A stretch of DNA of 61,776 bases, filler included, from Choristocarpus tenellus KU-1152 (GCA_964200185.2; 10 parts of 10 records of this genome joined end to end with filler, not necessarily neighbours in it); one strand, 5' to 3'; counted from the whole stretch's first letter, positions 47,560 to 60,793 are shown. Translations and numbers: made by a program. Notes: generated by a model from the sequence alone, not told the origin.

Positions 47560-48830
47560 AGAAGAAGCATCAGAGAACGATTTGTGGAGGGTTTGTCCGA
47601 TAGCCGACTTCATGGCTACACTGAATGAACGATGATCAAAGGAAATTCACACCAGTGAAGCCTGTTCTCCTGGAGGTTCACATCTTAGAGCAGGACCACA
47701 AAGGGCCTGAAGTGTTTAGCCTGGAATTTCTGGACTGGATTGGGCACACTCTTGAGGTTAAACTGTCAAACCAAGACCTGAGCAAGTTTTAAAAGAAGAT
47801 GAAGCCCGTTTGTAAGAAGAAAGAGAGGATCAAGATTCTCACTCCTGTGTAGTTGAACGAGGATTTTGCTCACTAATGGTATGGGTCTCCCTCATTCCGA
47901 CTTCAAACTTGATGACAACGGGGCAGTTAATAGTATCTAGCCCACAACGGGAAAGGGCTTGAGGATGACAACTCTCGAAGCCTTCACCAAGTATAGCCCG
48001 CTGGACACTCTCAATTATAATATTTTTCTGATTATGGAGGGGCTTTGCGGAAGATACAAAAAAAAAGTTAACAAGATTAATATAACCTTGTTGGGGAGTT
48101 GACTGATGGGTAGTTTTGATCTGCAAAAATTGTTGAAGAGGAACACCATAACTCAGTTGACAACAACATATTTGCGTCTCTGCTGATCTTGTGACTCTTG
48201 CCTACGTTCAAGATTTTTCTCCCTAGGAAGATACTTGTGCTTGGCAATACCTTGTACAATCAAGGCACGGCAAGGAGGTCAAAAATCCTGAGTCGAACGC
48301 TAAGACCTCCAAAAACATCAGCTTCTTCCAGAAGTGTGACGTTCAAACGACCGCTGCTTAGCAAGCTGAAGTGACTTTGCATCTTCGAGATCCCTCCTGA
48401 TAGAGATTATATGTTTGAATGAGGTTGTGAGTTGCGAATAGTTTTGCTGCAGCCACCAGGGCGAGTTTTCAAAGATATCCCTTAGAAACTGGAGGAGAGG
48501 GCTGAGCGGTTGTCAGAGTATTAGGAATTGACTAGAATTGATTTGGACTCCGCTTTATAAACCTTCATTCCACACCATTGAGATGTTTTCAGTGCATGGC
48601 AACCACTACACCAGCAGTCGCTACGAGCAGAAGCGTAGTTTGCACAAGAGGTTGAGAGAAGATCAGGCCTGGTGGGAATAGTGACCCAATATGGAAGGTC
48701 AAGAAGGGGCGGTGGTTGCATTCACCCTATGATAAACTTGCGGGTCATGCAGAAAAACTCTTGAATGAGTAGGTAGTGAAATAGAAGGTGTTGATGGGGA
48801 CTATCTCTATCTCATTGCTCGTCCTGGGGC
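47560..48830 (+). mobile_element. Possible highly degenerate retrotransposon gag remnant
   Basis: Frameshifted Zn-knuckle-like RCFQC/HGNHYTSS at ~48580-48620; otherwise stop-riddled. Confidence 0.3.
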
Positions 48831-49139
48831 AGACGATGATGTTACCCTAGGGTTAGAGATCGAGGAGGATGTACAGGAGGATATTGGAGAAGAGGTGAAA
48901 TAGAGGCATGCATGGCCACTCCTTTAGATCTACAAAAGGATTACTCCGTAGTACTATGAAGTACTTAGTAGTGAACCCACGAGCACAAAACACATCAATA
49001 CTCCAATTTTTCACCAAGACATGAACCAATAACAAGGTCTCAAAAGTCAACCTCATAGAGAAACAACAGAGATGTGCAGTTTTAGAGTTTGATGCGAGAA
49101 GCATACCCAAATATCCTAAGCTTTGTATCCAGAATACCT

Positions 49140-49141
<2 letters not shown>

Positions 49142-49174
<33 letters not shown>
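49142..49174. repeat. (AT)n microsatellite
   Basis: About 16 AT units. Confidence 0.95.
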
Positions 49175-49178
<4 letters not shown>

Positions 49179-49413
49179 CTATCCCGACTAGGGTGCCACA
49201 TATTGCAAAAAAATCGTCAAAAGAACGATTTTGTGTCTAAATCGGAAACTTCCACAAATTGGGATAGGAGGTGTCAGCGCCAATGCTACTGATGGATGAA
49301 ATCTTGCCGTCAACTCTTTTCTCTGCTTCATATGATAATTTGGGAGCACTCATGAATGATGGGTGGTGACTGAATGTGCTACATAGTCAGTAAACAGCAA
49401 TCAGGTTTCAGGT

Positions 49414-49476
49414 CCCAGCACCCAGCACCCAGCACCCAGCACCCAGCACCCAGCACCCAGCACCCAGCACCCAGCA
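49414..49476. repeat. (CCCAGCA)n heptamer repeat, about 9 copies
   Basis: Perfect tandem units. Confidence 0.95.
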
Positions 49477-50104
49477 CTCCACCAGGGTCATTCGTACATA
49501 TTGAAGGAAGAGTTGTGAATGGTGATGCAATAGCCAACAGTCAACGGCGCACTGCTGCATGGTTGGTGGGTGCCACTACCCATAATTGAAGTGCGGGTCA
49601 CATTTATGTAAGCGACGCGGAAGTACAGAGGGTGGAGACTGGACTCTGGTGTTGAGTTCAGGTGAAGGCCAGTCTGTAACCCCCAACACTCGAGGTGCTT
49701 TATGTCACCCCATCTTGCCCCTTTTCCAGTAGGAAATGGCAAGTAAATAGGATGTCCCCAGTTTGCCTTCATGTCTGCCTTCAGCAGTTCCGGGATCTTT
49801 TTAACTCACAGGCCGCAGAGGATTAGCGCGCCACTACCGATTCATTCTACGCTAATCAGCACCTCTGCCGGCGATCCCGCTGACACTCACAATCTTATGT
49901 TTCGTACCCTGATTCCGACTGCACACGTTCGACTTCTCTACTCTTCCATCACTCCAAACTGAACATAATACCTCTCCCAGGATAGGGTCCCCAATTTAAA
50001 ACCCTACAATAACACTGCTCTTCCCACTTTTGTCCAATATTTGACCCCTTCCAACAATCGCAAATAAACACAAATCTCTAGCCTATGCACTGATAAACAC
50101 GATT

Positions 50105-50362
50105 GAGTCAAAGTATCTTAGAGGGTAGAGCTGCGTCCATTTGAGGGCCAAATTCGAATGTTGCGAATTTGATGTAATTTTGGCTATCGTGTTTGTTAGG
50201 AAATGTCAGTATTCATATTCCGGATAAACCTTTTCATAACATACACACTTTACCTACTCCTAAACATTTTGGAGTAGGAAAATGTCACACAAGAACCATG
50301 GGAAGCCGAGACCCAAATGGACAAACGAGGCAAAACCCATACCCTCTAAGATACTTTCACTC
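50105..50362. mobile_element. Family-A MITE, ~258 bp
   Basis: TIRs GAGTCAAAGTATCTTAGAGGGTA / TACCCTCTAAGATACTTTCACTC; internal palindrome TTTACCTACTCC-TAAACATTTT-GGAGTAGGAAA; no coding capacity. Confidence 0.88.
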
Positions 50363-50921
50363 ATTCTCTGCTTCCACGTGCCTACTGTTCTCAGCTATCA
50401 CGTACGTTACTTTCCAATTTGAGGAAGAAGTATACAAAAGACGCAAAGGTTGGAGGTATCATATTTACTTCCCATGACGATTTGGTCTATTTGATTCGTG
50501 CGAGTTTTGTTTGCATACCACGTCACCTACCCGTCAACGTTCCTGGCATTTAAATGTTGGAACGGCTCAATACTCACAATATTGTATCACTAGATCAGGC
50601 ACCTGACTATCATAACTTGGGGAACTTCTACATTTCAATTTATTGTCACAGTACCCCAACGGTAATAGCAATAACTCAGCACAATGGTATTAAGAGTTCA
50701 GGAGGGAAGTGGGTGTGAAGATGGACCACCTCTGCACAACAAAAGAAAAATCTGTCGACCTTAGATTCTCAGAAGAATGTTTCAGTGAAGAAAAGAAGGA
50801 CATAGCTACAAATTATTAACGAGTGAACAATTCAATAATACATCACATATATCAGGCATTGAAATGTCACACTGATGAGTGAAGCGTTGAAAAACAGCTT
50901 CACCCTCTCCCTCAGTCCCAC

Positions 50922-51044
50922 CTTCTTGCTAAGGGTGAAAACAGACAAGGCACTCTCCTTCAGATCAGCAAGGAGTGCGTTGACCCTTTCCTCCCCTGCC
51001 TGACCATCGAAGTCCACAAAGAAGTCAAAATTTTCGTGATTTCT
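50922..51044 (-). CDS. Single exon encoding an ACT-domain C-terminal segment (phenylalanine hydroxylase/prephenate dehydratase-like)
   Basis: CAG/GT-bounded 123-nt exon: RNHENFDFFVDFDGQAGEERVNALLADLKESALSVFTLSKK, fitting the F.FFVD......V..LL..L pattern; flanking exons not found on this contig. Confidence 0.6.
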
Positions 51045-52292
51045 CTGCAGGAATCATTTGGGAGAGAGCGGGCGATCAAAGAGCAGGAAGAGAGAAAGGG
51101 AAGGCATAGTAAAGCTTAAATGGCATCACTGTAGCTTAAAGTGGGTCAAATTATCTGGGAGGGGGGTGTCGGCGTCCGTTTTTCACCCTTTTTTCCATCT
51201 TCACACTTTTGGTGTGATTTGGTCGCACGTGTCGGACTTGAAATATCAGCAAAAAAAGAGTTTTTGACCGAAACGGACGCCCCCTTACAACCCCCCCACA
51301 CCCCCCACCCCCNNNNNNNNNNNNNNNNNNNNNNNNNNNNNNNNNNNNNNNNNNNNTTAATTAATTAANNNNNNNNNNNNNNNNNNNNNNNNNNNNNNNN
51401 NNNNNNNNNNNNCCCCCGAACCCCAGCACTGAGTGGCGCTGCAAGGGAGGATGGATGGCGTTCACACAAGCCTCGTATCAATCGAGTGAGAATTAGGGCA
51501 TCAGCAAGACCAGGAGACAAAGAGTGTATGTCCTTTTCAGAGGGAATCCTGACAAATTCACACAGCGGGCAGGGGGGAAGGGAGAAGGGGTTGGGATTTT
51601 GTTGGTGTGGTCAAAGATGCAGAGGAGATGGAGGCGCAATAGAGATGAGACAGTTCCACTTAATTAGTCCATCCACTAGTTGATTCAGCAGGGCGCAGAC
51701 AGAGGTGTGATTGGCAGGCATGACACTGCAACAACGCCACACACTACTGGAGAAAAAAAGGCGTTCGTGAGATTGGTACGATCTGTCTATTAAATCTGAT
51801 CCGATTTTGCTCAGGGTATGGCAGTGAGGGAGACCGTCGAACTATAACAAAAAGGAAACACTACACCTTCATAATGTCCCACAGCCGTCATAACTTCTTT
51901 CACGTCAGCTACTAACTAATCTGAGCACACGTTTCTGGCAACTGCTGGCCAAAATCTAAAAAACTCCTATCAAAGCTCAATCTGACACACAACCATCGAG
52001 AGGGAACAACATAGTAGAACCGAAGTGAAAAGCCTCAACAAAACCTAACACAAACAAGAGTGCTCGTAACGTGCCAAAAACAACTGCTGATGGCATTAAA
52101 CACCATCCCTCAAACGCCTTCGAACCCATCAGCAGTACCGCTAATACTCTTGGTACCTTGCTCAAACTATGTTCTACAAGTCATCTCACACTTGATTAGA
52201 ACAGACCCCGATCAAGCCACCCCCCCCCCTCCCACTATTACACAATTGTCCTCCAATTCAGTCTTCCCACCCTCCAGGTGTTGGTAGCTCAC

Positions 52293-55200
52293 CTTGCCCC
52301 TGTCCCAGTCTTCCTGCCCTCCCCAACAGAGGTGGGACCATCTCTGACCATTGTGCGGAAGTATATAACATGCTCTTCAATGCGATCACGAACCAGAGAC
52401 CTTGGCACAACAGGTATCCCAGCCAAAGGTGTGTGTGTGTGTGTGTGTAATGAATATTAGCCATGAAAAACTGTTGGCACCTTCCAATCGTCCATTCCTG
52501 CCCCTAAAAAGTGACTTAAATATCTGAGGGATTGATGTACACATGCCTGTTTTTTTTTGTTTGTTTGTTGATCATCTTGCTCCTCCCAACTCACCTGTTC
52601 TTGCATGGGATTTAACTCCTGCCACAACATTGTATTGCTTGACCCAAGCAATACGGCAATGGCGTTGCAGTTCTACAAGAGTTCCTATAGGAACAGATAG
52701 GTGGTTTGCCAGCATAGAGCTGGGTGGCAACTAATGAAAGGAGAGAGGAGGGAGGGAGGGGACTAACAATCAGGTACAGCACACATGCTTCCCACTACAG
52801 ACAACATTAGGAGAGAGGAAGGCGTTCACGATGGCGGACCGAGAGATCACAACCTTTGTGGAAATGAAAGGGCAACACATAAAACAAAGAAAGATTGAAC
52901 ATAACAATGAGACCCATCTTGTCTCAATACAACCCCCCTGGGGTGAACAGTGTGAACAATACACACACAAATACAAGATCTACTTGAACAACACAAGTGA
53001 GGTGAAAATATCCTCACTCATCAAACCTCACCTCCTCAGTCCTATGAGGCCCTCACGAAGGCCATTACTCCGGCCAAAGCTGCTTTGTGTGGAGGAGCGC
53101 CTCCCACCCTGTTCAACAGTCCCTGCCCCTGCCCCCCATGCACTGGTCCCTTGTGAAATCCCAGACTCCTGAGGTGCAGGTGCCGGGGCCTGCGACAAGA
53201 GTACAGATACACACTTGAAGATGGTGTCTCCCTCATCCATCTCCACCCACTCTCCTTTACTGTACCCAAAAATTGGGGGGGGAACGGAGTTGGGGAAAGG
53301 GGGGCTTAAGGACTTAGATGGGAGGTGGGAGGTGGGAGGAAGATAGGGGGTGAGGGAAATATATGGCAGTGAGTATGGGAGAGGGGGGGCTACTCTTACT
53401 CTGTGCAATTTCAACATGGGAGATGGCTCCAAAATGGTCCACTTCCTAGAATAAGAGCAATAATCATGCTTGTGCTCGATTCCATGCACAACACTTGCAC
53501 TACAAGATGTCCATGGAGAATCATACAACTGAATCCCAAACCAAAGGTGACCTTGAACAAACTCGCTAACAAAACCCCTAAGGATCAAGGAAAAAAACCC
53601 CCCCATAAAAAACATAACGCATGCAAGACTTAGCAGCAAGAAATTTACGCATTTATTTAATAAAACTTGGGATTATATTCTAAATACCAGAAATCCTCGA
53701 AACTCAAATGTAAGACAGCGAGTGCTATTTGTGTGCTCCCACCAATCATATGCTACGGATGAAGGACTCTGAAAAGCAGTTACATCCAGAACACACCCCG
53801 CCATTCCTGCCGAGTAATTGAGACTCCAAAAACAAGACCCACAAAGCTTACATGCATAGGACCAATACTTGAGCTCTTTCTACACGCCCTTGAAAATACT
53901 ATGGCTGATCAAAGTCCAAGGCAACTCTATACACAACACCCACAGCAGGGGGACTACTTCCAATTATTGAAGAGCTTCAACAGGACAATGATCTCATCAG
54001 CATAAGTCGGGGAGGGGGAGGCAGGGAGGGGACCGGGCATCTTTCCAAGGTGATGTGGTAGCAGCTGTGATTGGCACCATACTGGTGTGATTTGGACAGA
54101 CACTGGGGGTCACAAGGAGGGATGAGGGCAACAGGGGAGGGCTCTGCAGGAAGCATAAAATTGAGCACTACCTGTTCGGGTCTTCCGGATCATTTGACAT
54201 GGCAAGCAGCAAGCACACTTTGGGGGGATACACCCATCCTTGCTCCTGAGACAGACATAAAACGCGCAGAAGAGGTGGCAAGAAGGTTAGCATCAGGGTA
54301 CCGTTTCACCTCATACAGTAAAGCAATTGCACCAAATGGTGGCGGGAGAAGGATGTGGGGAAAAACCTGTTGAGGACGTGATGAACCAAGAAATGGTGAC
54401 TCTCAGAGGGGCAAAAACAAGGGAACAAGGGATTGCTGCGAAAAAGGAGAGGAAGAGGTAGTAGCAGAGGAGCATCCTTCCCTTGCATAAGCCCCCGCTT
54501 CTGTATTGAAGCTCTCACATAAACACTAAACTTGAACTACTTCAGTGACTGCACCTGCAGCATTCCCTCATCCTCCAGCTGCAATGGCACTGCCTGTGCC
54601 TCCTCTTGTTCTCCTTCAGTCCATGCCCCTCCCCTTGCCCTGCTCGTCCTCCCTTTCCCCCTTGCCGTACTTCTGCTTCTACCTCCACTGCCAAACCCAG
54701 CGAACAATAAACTCCTCCTTCCTACACTACCCCCTCCTGCTGATTGATGCGCCAAGCTAGGACTACTCCTTACCCCAGATGCAGCCCTAGTCCTGGACCC
54801 AATCCCTGCTCCAGAGCCAACACCCCCTACTTCCGAGGATCCTGACGCTACTGCCTTGTGAGTTCCTGAGAGTTTAGTGTCCCTTCCACTTGCTTCCCTC
54901 GCCCGAGCAGCCCCCATACTGCCGCTGCTGCTGGATCCACTCCCATCTGTAGCCCTAGCTGATCTACTTGAAGTTGTGTAGTGACGCCGAAAATTGCCGT
55001 CACCACCCCCTCCCTTACCTCCTCCCTGTGTCCCACCCCTAGACCCTGTTCGCACACGCCCATTGCTCCCTCCAGAAACCCCCACTCCTCTGTTGACTCC
55101 ACTCCCACTCACTCCACCCTCCTTACCAGCAATGTCACGCCCAAATCTTGGCAGAAACCCCAGTGGCAGCACTCTAGGCTGGCGACTGCAAAGCCAGCTG

Positions 55201-55304
55201 TGTGGTGTCACGGGCTCCTTTCTTGCTGACGGGGCTGAGCTGGCCCTGCGCAGATCCCCTCCCCCTCCTCCAGCCCCGCCCCCACTCCCTGCACCCATCA
55301 CCAC
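52293..55304 (-). CDS. Unidentified multi-exon protein (Gly/Ser-rich low-complexity region followed by globular segments), partial
   Basis: Exons >55304-54555, 54366-54310, 54245-54172, 53259-53032, 52400-52293 join in frame with GT-AG: ...EDEGMLQVFPHILLPPPFGAIALLYEEQGWVYPPKVCLLLAMSNDPEDPNSKGEWVEMDEGDTIFKCVSVLL...LIGLRRSLVRDRIEEHVIYFRTMVRD. Confidence 0.7.
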
Positions 55305-55404
55305 NNNNNNNNNNNNNNNNNNNNNNNNNNNNNNNNNNNNNNNNNNNNTTAATTAATTAANNNNNNNNNNNNNNNNNNNNNNNNNNNNNNNNNNNNNNNN
55401 NNNN

Positions 55405-55631
55405 AGAACGTGGCGGGTTCATTCCCTGGTGATTTCACCATCGGTGGTAACCCATTCGCCTCCTCTTGGGATGCTATGTCCGAGGAGACCCAGGCGTCTA
55501 AGAGGGCGATCGAGCTGAACAACGGACGGGCGGCACAGATGGGGATCCTGGCGATGATGGTACACGAGGAGCTGTCGAACCAGCCCTACATCATCAACGA
55601 CCTCGTGGGCGCGTCGTACTCCTTCAACTAG
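55405..55631 (+). CDS. Lhcf: Fucoxanthin-chlorophyll a/c binding light-harvesting protein (Lhcf type), C-terminal part
   Basis: FPGDF...KRAIELNNGRAAQMGILAMMVHEELSNQPYIINDLVGASYSFN*: helix-3 LHC motif ELNNGRAAQMG with a brown-algal FCP-type tail; GC3-rich codons. Confidence 0.95.
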
Positions 55632-57866
55632 GTTGTTTTCGTTGATGTTTTTGCATTTTAATAGAAATCCATGGTGTTATTTACTAGTGTGATTTGTTTT
55701 TGGCATCCTTGGCTGCTGTTACAGCGGGTGGAGTTGAGTGGTTTTGGATGGCTTGTGTGCATTTGGGCGGATCTGATTCTGTTGTAAATCTTGACATTCA
55801 GGTAGTGGTTCACCCGCACCGACCTTGGCAGCATGAGAGTAAATATATTAATTTAGACAAAACATGCACCATCATCTCTCACGATTCTTCTACAGAGGGT
55901 ATGCAGTGTGTATACCACACCAAAGCACGTTCCTCAGGAGCATTGCGGACTGTGCATCTCACGGGAACCTTCATGATGTCGTTTCATTGTATCGATTGCT
56001 CTGAAGAAGTACTTGTTAGTATAATCGGTACAGTGGTGATGCCGTAGTAAGAAGACGCTTGTTTGTCTGCTGAGAGTGGCCGTGTACTATTTTATGTTTG
56101 ATAGTGTTGCTGCTGTGCAAGGACATCATGCACCCCTCCAGTGAGGAGGATTGTTGTTTTGTGAGCGGACCCTTGCAAGGTGGAAGGCTGTTAAGGAGTT
56201 CTGTTGTGTTTCCAAGACCGTAAGTAGGATGCCCATATTTATTCAGTGTCGATGTATACGAAAGTTGTTAGGTTGCGTTGAAATATGGTGACAATTACGT
56301 CCAATGTTGCTTTTTTTTTTGGAAAAGTGTGCAGGATATGTTTTGAAACTTTTGACTTGTTAGCGTTTTGTTGTTTTTTCCGTTAAACGTTTTGAACGTA
56401 GTACTTAGTTGGTTGAGTTAGGAATGAATGAATATATGGATAAACAAGGTGTAAAAGTCAGGTCCTGGACACCAATTGTTTCGCTCGTTGTAACATTTTC
56501 AATGTAAAATAGCTTTTACTCAGGAATCTGTTTGCCTTCCATTACAGGTTGAACGTATGATATGAACATGTATGTACTAACGGGGATTCGAACGAGTAAT
56601 GTGGAACACAGAATATTTTTCTAGTAAGTAGAGCTACATGCAAACGCACAATATATTTCCGGTAATATGTTCTTTGTGAGCCTTGTATCAAGAGTCTTGG
56701 AGTTTTTCGATTTTGTAGATGTATGGTAGAGGGTTTTATGGTGGAAACTCTGTGGTGATTTGAGTTAGAGTAGAAAGAATTTTATGTCGAATAACCTATT
56801 GTTACCCTAACGCTGTGTGTGCCGGTAGAGGTGTTTAAAATAGTTTCATTTGCGTTTATCTTTAGTTCGGTACGGCACAAAGTAGGAACGTACATAGCGG
56901 TATGATGGGGCAGTCTTTGGTGATACGTCAGAGATAATTCATGGCTAAGACAAAGGCCCAACGGATAATTCATATTCAGTTTATGTTCACCATGTAACCC
57001 AATTAGCAGCTTCTGGCCATGAGCCTTTCCTGCGAGAAGCAATTCAACGTGCATGCAAAAAGGCTTTTGTGTGGTCTTACGGGAAGTGTGGTTTGTTGCT
57101 GATTTTGAACTCTACTGGTACAGACCTCCCTTGTGACCACGGGTTGCTTTAGTCTATGATGGTCCATATCTGTAGGATCCTTCTTTGCTGCAATTTTTGA
57201 TCATACAACCCGGTGTTGTTTCAAGTGGCAGAAGCGTTCCGCCCTGAATCTCCAACCTCATCTTGAAGCCCCCCCATTTGACGTTTTCTCGGTGGGAACC
57301 TTGGCTGAAATTCCACGGCATTTGAGTAATTGAGTAGAGGTGGTATTTACAGGTGGAGTGCACATGGTGAAGGAGATGGGGAACAACTCTGTTAATGCAC
57401 AACTCAAACTCAAGATTGGACAAGCCTGGATGCAATATGTGCACAACAGTGTACGCAAATTGATGTTCCCATGTTTCCACACACAAAGTGACACCACAAT
57501 TCAACAAAGGCCTTTTTGCAATTGTACAAAGTGACATCTTTTTGACCTTTCTCCGAGCCAAAGTAAGCGAGAGCTACCCAGAGTTGCATGATAAGGATCC
57601 TGACAAATGTGTGCAAAGTTTGGCTTCTTGAAAAATGCGTATGGCATTTTTTCGAACGTCTGTCAAGAATTTTGAAAAGTAGAGAAATCAATTCTCTCGA
57701 GCCATGTTTAGCATTTCATCCAAAGAAATGTGGATGATTTGCAAAAAAAAGAAAAAAAAGTGGATTTAAATGGGAAAAGGTAAAACCCTGGGTACCACTC
57801 GTTTAGTTTGGCTCTCCGGATCCTTGAAATGCAACACTACCTACCTCTCAGTTGATTTTGCTCATT

Positions 57867-58125
57867 GAGTGAAAGCATCTTAGAGGGTATGAGTTTTTCC
57901 CTGTTTGTCCATTTGAGGCTTCGCTTCCCACGGGATTTTAATGAGATTTTACCCTGCTTCAAAATATTTCGGAGTAGGTAAATTATATACGTTATTAAAA
58001 GGAGTGTCCACAACAAGGATATTGACATCTCCTAACAAAAATGATAACCAAAATTTCATCAGAATTGCAAATTGGATTTTGGTCCCCAAATGAACGCGGC
58101 TCTACCCTCTAAGATACTTTGACTC
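57867..58125. mobile_element. Family-A MITE with 4-bp TSD (CATT)
   Basis: CATT|GAGTGAAAGCATCTTAGAGGGTA...TACCCTCTAAGATACTTTGACTC|CATT; reverse-orientation homologue of 50105-50362. Confidence 0.9.
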
Positions 58126-58414
58126 CATTTCAAGCTGACGGCTACATTCCTTCTGTAGAAATGTGACCTTCGGATGTAAGAAGAGACCTCCTCCTCCTCT
58201 GATGAGAACAACCGACTATTCAGCATGACTAAGCTACTCAAGAAGGCGACAAAGACATCAAAGCAGCGGAGTGATGAGGTGCCCTCCTTCAGAGATGGTG
58301 GTGGGGAAGTTCTCACAACATGGCACAGTTGGTTAGCGATAGATCAACTCTGAGAATAATTTGCAATACCAGCTGGCGGTATACCGTGGTTTGCAACAAG
58401 TGGATGCGGACTTT

Positions 58415-58668
58415 GAATAAAGGTATCTTAGAGGGTACGCGTTTTGCCGTGTATGTCCGTTTGGGCATTGACTTCTCAAGTTTTTAAAAAGATATTTGCC
58501 TACTCCAAAATGTTTCGGAGTAGGCAAAATGTATATGTTATGAAAAAGTGTGTCCGGAACAAGAATATTGACACTTCCTAACAAACACGATGTCCAAAAT
58601 TACATCAAAATCACGACATTGGATTTTGGTCCCCAAACGGACGCGACTCTACCCTCTAAGACTCTTTG
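58415..58668. mobile_element. Family-A MITE, second tandemly oriented copy
   Basis: GGTATCTTAGAGGGTA...TACCCTCTAAGACTCTTTG; internal TTTGCCTACTCC-AAAATGTTTC-GGAGTAGGCAAA palindrome; ORF 58333(-) mirrors ORF 50193(+). Confidence 0.85.
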
Positions 58669-59289
58669 TTGAGGTTTAAGTATTTTCAAATGGTGGAAAG
58701 TGATGACATCTTTGGATATTTGAGTAGGTGGGTATGGAGGTATTTTTTCTCCACAGCTCTGCTGGAAACACATTAACTGCCATCGGTAACGGTCTCTCTG
58801 GGGATGTAGTTGATGGCAATGTGGTGCTGCACTCTTATGAGGTTGACATGGGTGCCTAATTGTGGAAGGCGCAGGTAGCAGGGAGTCATAGTTATGGATG
58901 AGTCAAAAAAGAAGTACCCTCTGCAGTCCTCTTGCCACCTCTGACTGGAGGTCCTCTAACCACTACATGGACTTAGGGTAGGTAGAGGAACTTATAGCAT
59001 GTTGTTCTCTCTTTGCTAGCCTATATTTGCCTTGCTTGTGTCACCCTAGACACTGCACCGACTGTCTGTCCTAGGTGAGTGACAAAACATGAGCATATCT
59101 TTGTACACACTCCAAAAATTTAATGTTAGTACGTGTTTTCATCAGACTTTTTCATCAGACAAGAGATAGGCGGTTATTGCTTGCATTGCATGAAAGGGTA
59201 CACATTTCTTCTGGTTGATAGACGGTCGGATAACTCTGTCCCTACCACACAAATGTCACACCACCACATTGTTCCCATCACAAATTTGG

Positions 59290-59490
59290 GACCAATTTCT
59301 CCGTTTCCACTCACACACCATTGCGACCACTTTCCGCGTATCCGCTTCCACGCCAATGCGGCCAATTTCAGCATATCCACTTCCGCACCAATGTGGCTAC
59401 TTTCCGCGTACCCACTTCCAAACCAATGCGGCCAATTTCCACGTCGTCACTCACAAACCAATGCGGCTAATTTTAGCAAACCCACTCCTT
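59290..59490. repeat. Imperfect ~34-35-bp tandem repeat rich in CCAATGCGGCCAATTT
   Basis: About 5 degenerate units (CCACTTCC...CCAATGCGGC.AATTT). Confidence 0.7.
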
Positions 59491-59634
59491 TGCCAACCCT
59501 TCCAAAATGCTCCATCTCCACACATGACCCTCCACTTTCCCCCACAACACTCCACAATCATCCAAACACTTGATCTCCGTCCACTCCCATACTGTACCTT
59601 TGAACTAGAAATTACACTTGTCCAAGTTTGACCT

Positions 59635-59815
59635 GACCCAAAGTATCTGGGAGGAGAGGGGGGTTCTACATCAGGGTGTCCATTTGACCCAAAATAAGGA
59701 AAGGTGCATTTACATTATCCATCCGACGTACGCAACCAAATCACTCAAAAATCGCGACATGAAAAAATTGACCACAAATGGACAACCGCCATCCCCCCCC
59801 CAGATACTTTGAGTC
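59635..59815. mobile_element. Family-B MITE, 181 bp, with 4-bp TSD (ACCT)
   Basis: ACCT|GACCCAAAGTATCTGGG...CCCAGATACTTTGAGTC|ACCT; partial copies at 40652-40693, 40794-40850, 47427-47451. Confidence 0.9.
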
Positions 59816-60793
59816 ACCTCCCCTCCACTCTCAAAACATCCCATTCAGTTGCGAGCAATCTATAGGGTGGGTGGTTGGAAAAGATATTGCTTGGAAGTTA
59901 CCTTGACCCTGACCCTGCCCTGTGAGTCCTTCTTTCCGAAAATATTTGACTTTGTCCCTTTGTTCTATCTAACCCCTCCTTACCTTCTTCTGACTCCCAA
60001 TATCGCTCATTTTCTATGGACTTCCCAACTACCAGGTCTGTTTTGAAGCCATCCAGCTAATAATCTTTCGTCTGGTCTCCTTACTTTCTTTTTCTTTGTC
60101 GGAAGGTCACCCGTTTTTCTTGTCCACAACGCCGAATTATGACTTGTTAAAAGCCACATTGCTTCATAAAATTTCATTGCTACGATCTTCCCTAGCTCCT
60201 CACCCTGGGGTGCAGGACTAAGCTAGGTTGGACGCACAGGAAGGCTGTGGTAAAGCCTTGCTGGTAGTAAAATAGTAAATAGATGAATGTTTTTCAGATT
60301 TATGACAACTGTTTCCTTTTGAGGGATTTTTCTGACATGTGAATATTTTTCATTGTTTTTTCCCCTGGCACATTTGGAAAATGTCAGAGGGCATAATAAT
60401 AAAATCATAACATTAGTCCAAGACAATCCCGACCCGTGGTCAGAGGTGGTCAGAGGCACTGCATATACACTCCTCTCCTACTTCTCGTATTAACTACCCC
60501 TGTGCAACTAACGTAACTAACTACGACTAGTTGTACTGCCTCCGTTTCTGGTTTGGTCCGTAGAATCTTCTGGATGCGCTCTGATCTGAAGTTCCCCCTC
60601 GATCTTGGTCCAGCGTTTCTGTGGTATATACCAGATGGAGGATAGAATAAATAATGAATAGAATTGTCCAAACCAACTTTTCGTGAAAAGAAATCTGTCA
60701 CTGAAGAGGTTCGAACCTTCTTAGCACAGGTAGTCACCACACCATCCACATTCACACTCACACATATATGTATATTAGACACTAGAGAGGATA

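Noticed and set aside
52770-52853. Extra exon (VVISRSAIVNAFLSPNV) of the contig 9 gene
   Set aside because: Inclusion after the phase-2 donor at 53032 gives an immediate stop; skipping to 52400 keeps the frame
648-55631. Apparent cluster of plastid-targeted genes (APX, LIAS, Lhcf)
   Set aside because: They lie on different contigs separated by artificial linkers
56780-57700. Possible Harbinger-like transposase remnant (minus strand, RAERFCHLKQ)
   Set aside because: Single weak motif amid stops; cannot be supported without a profile search
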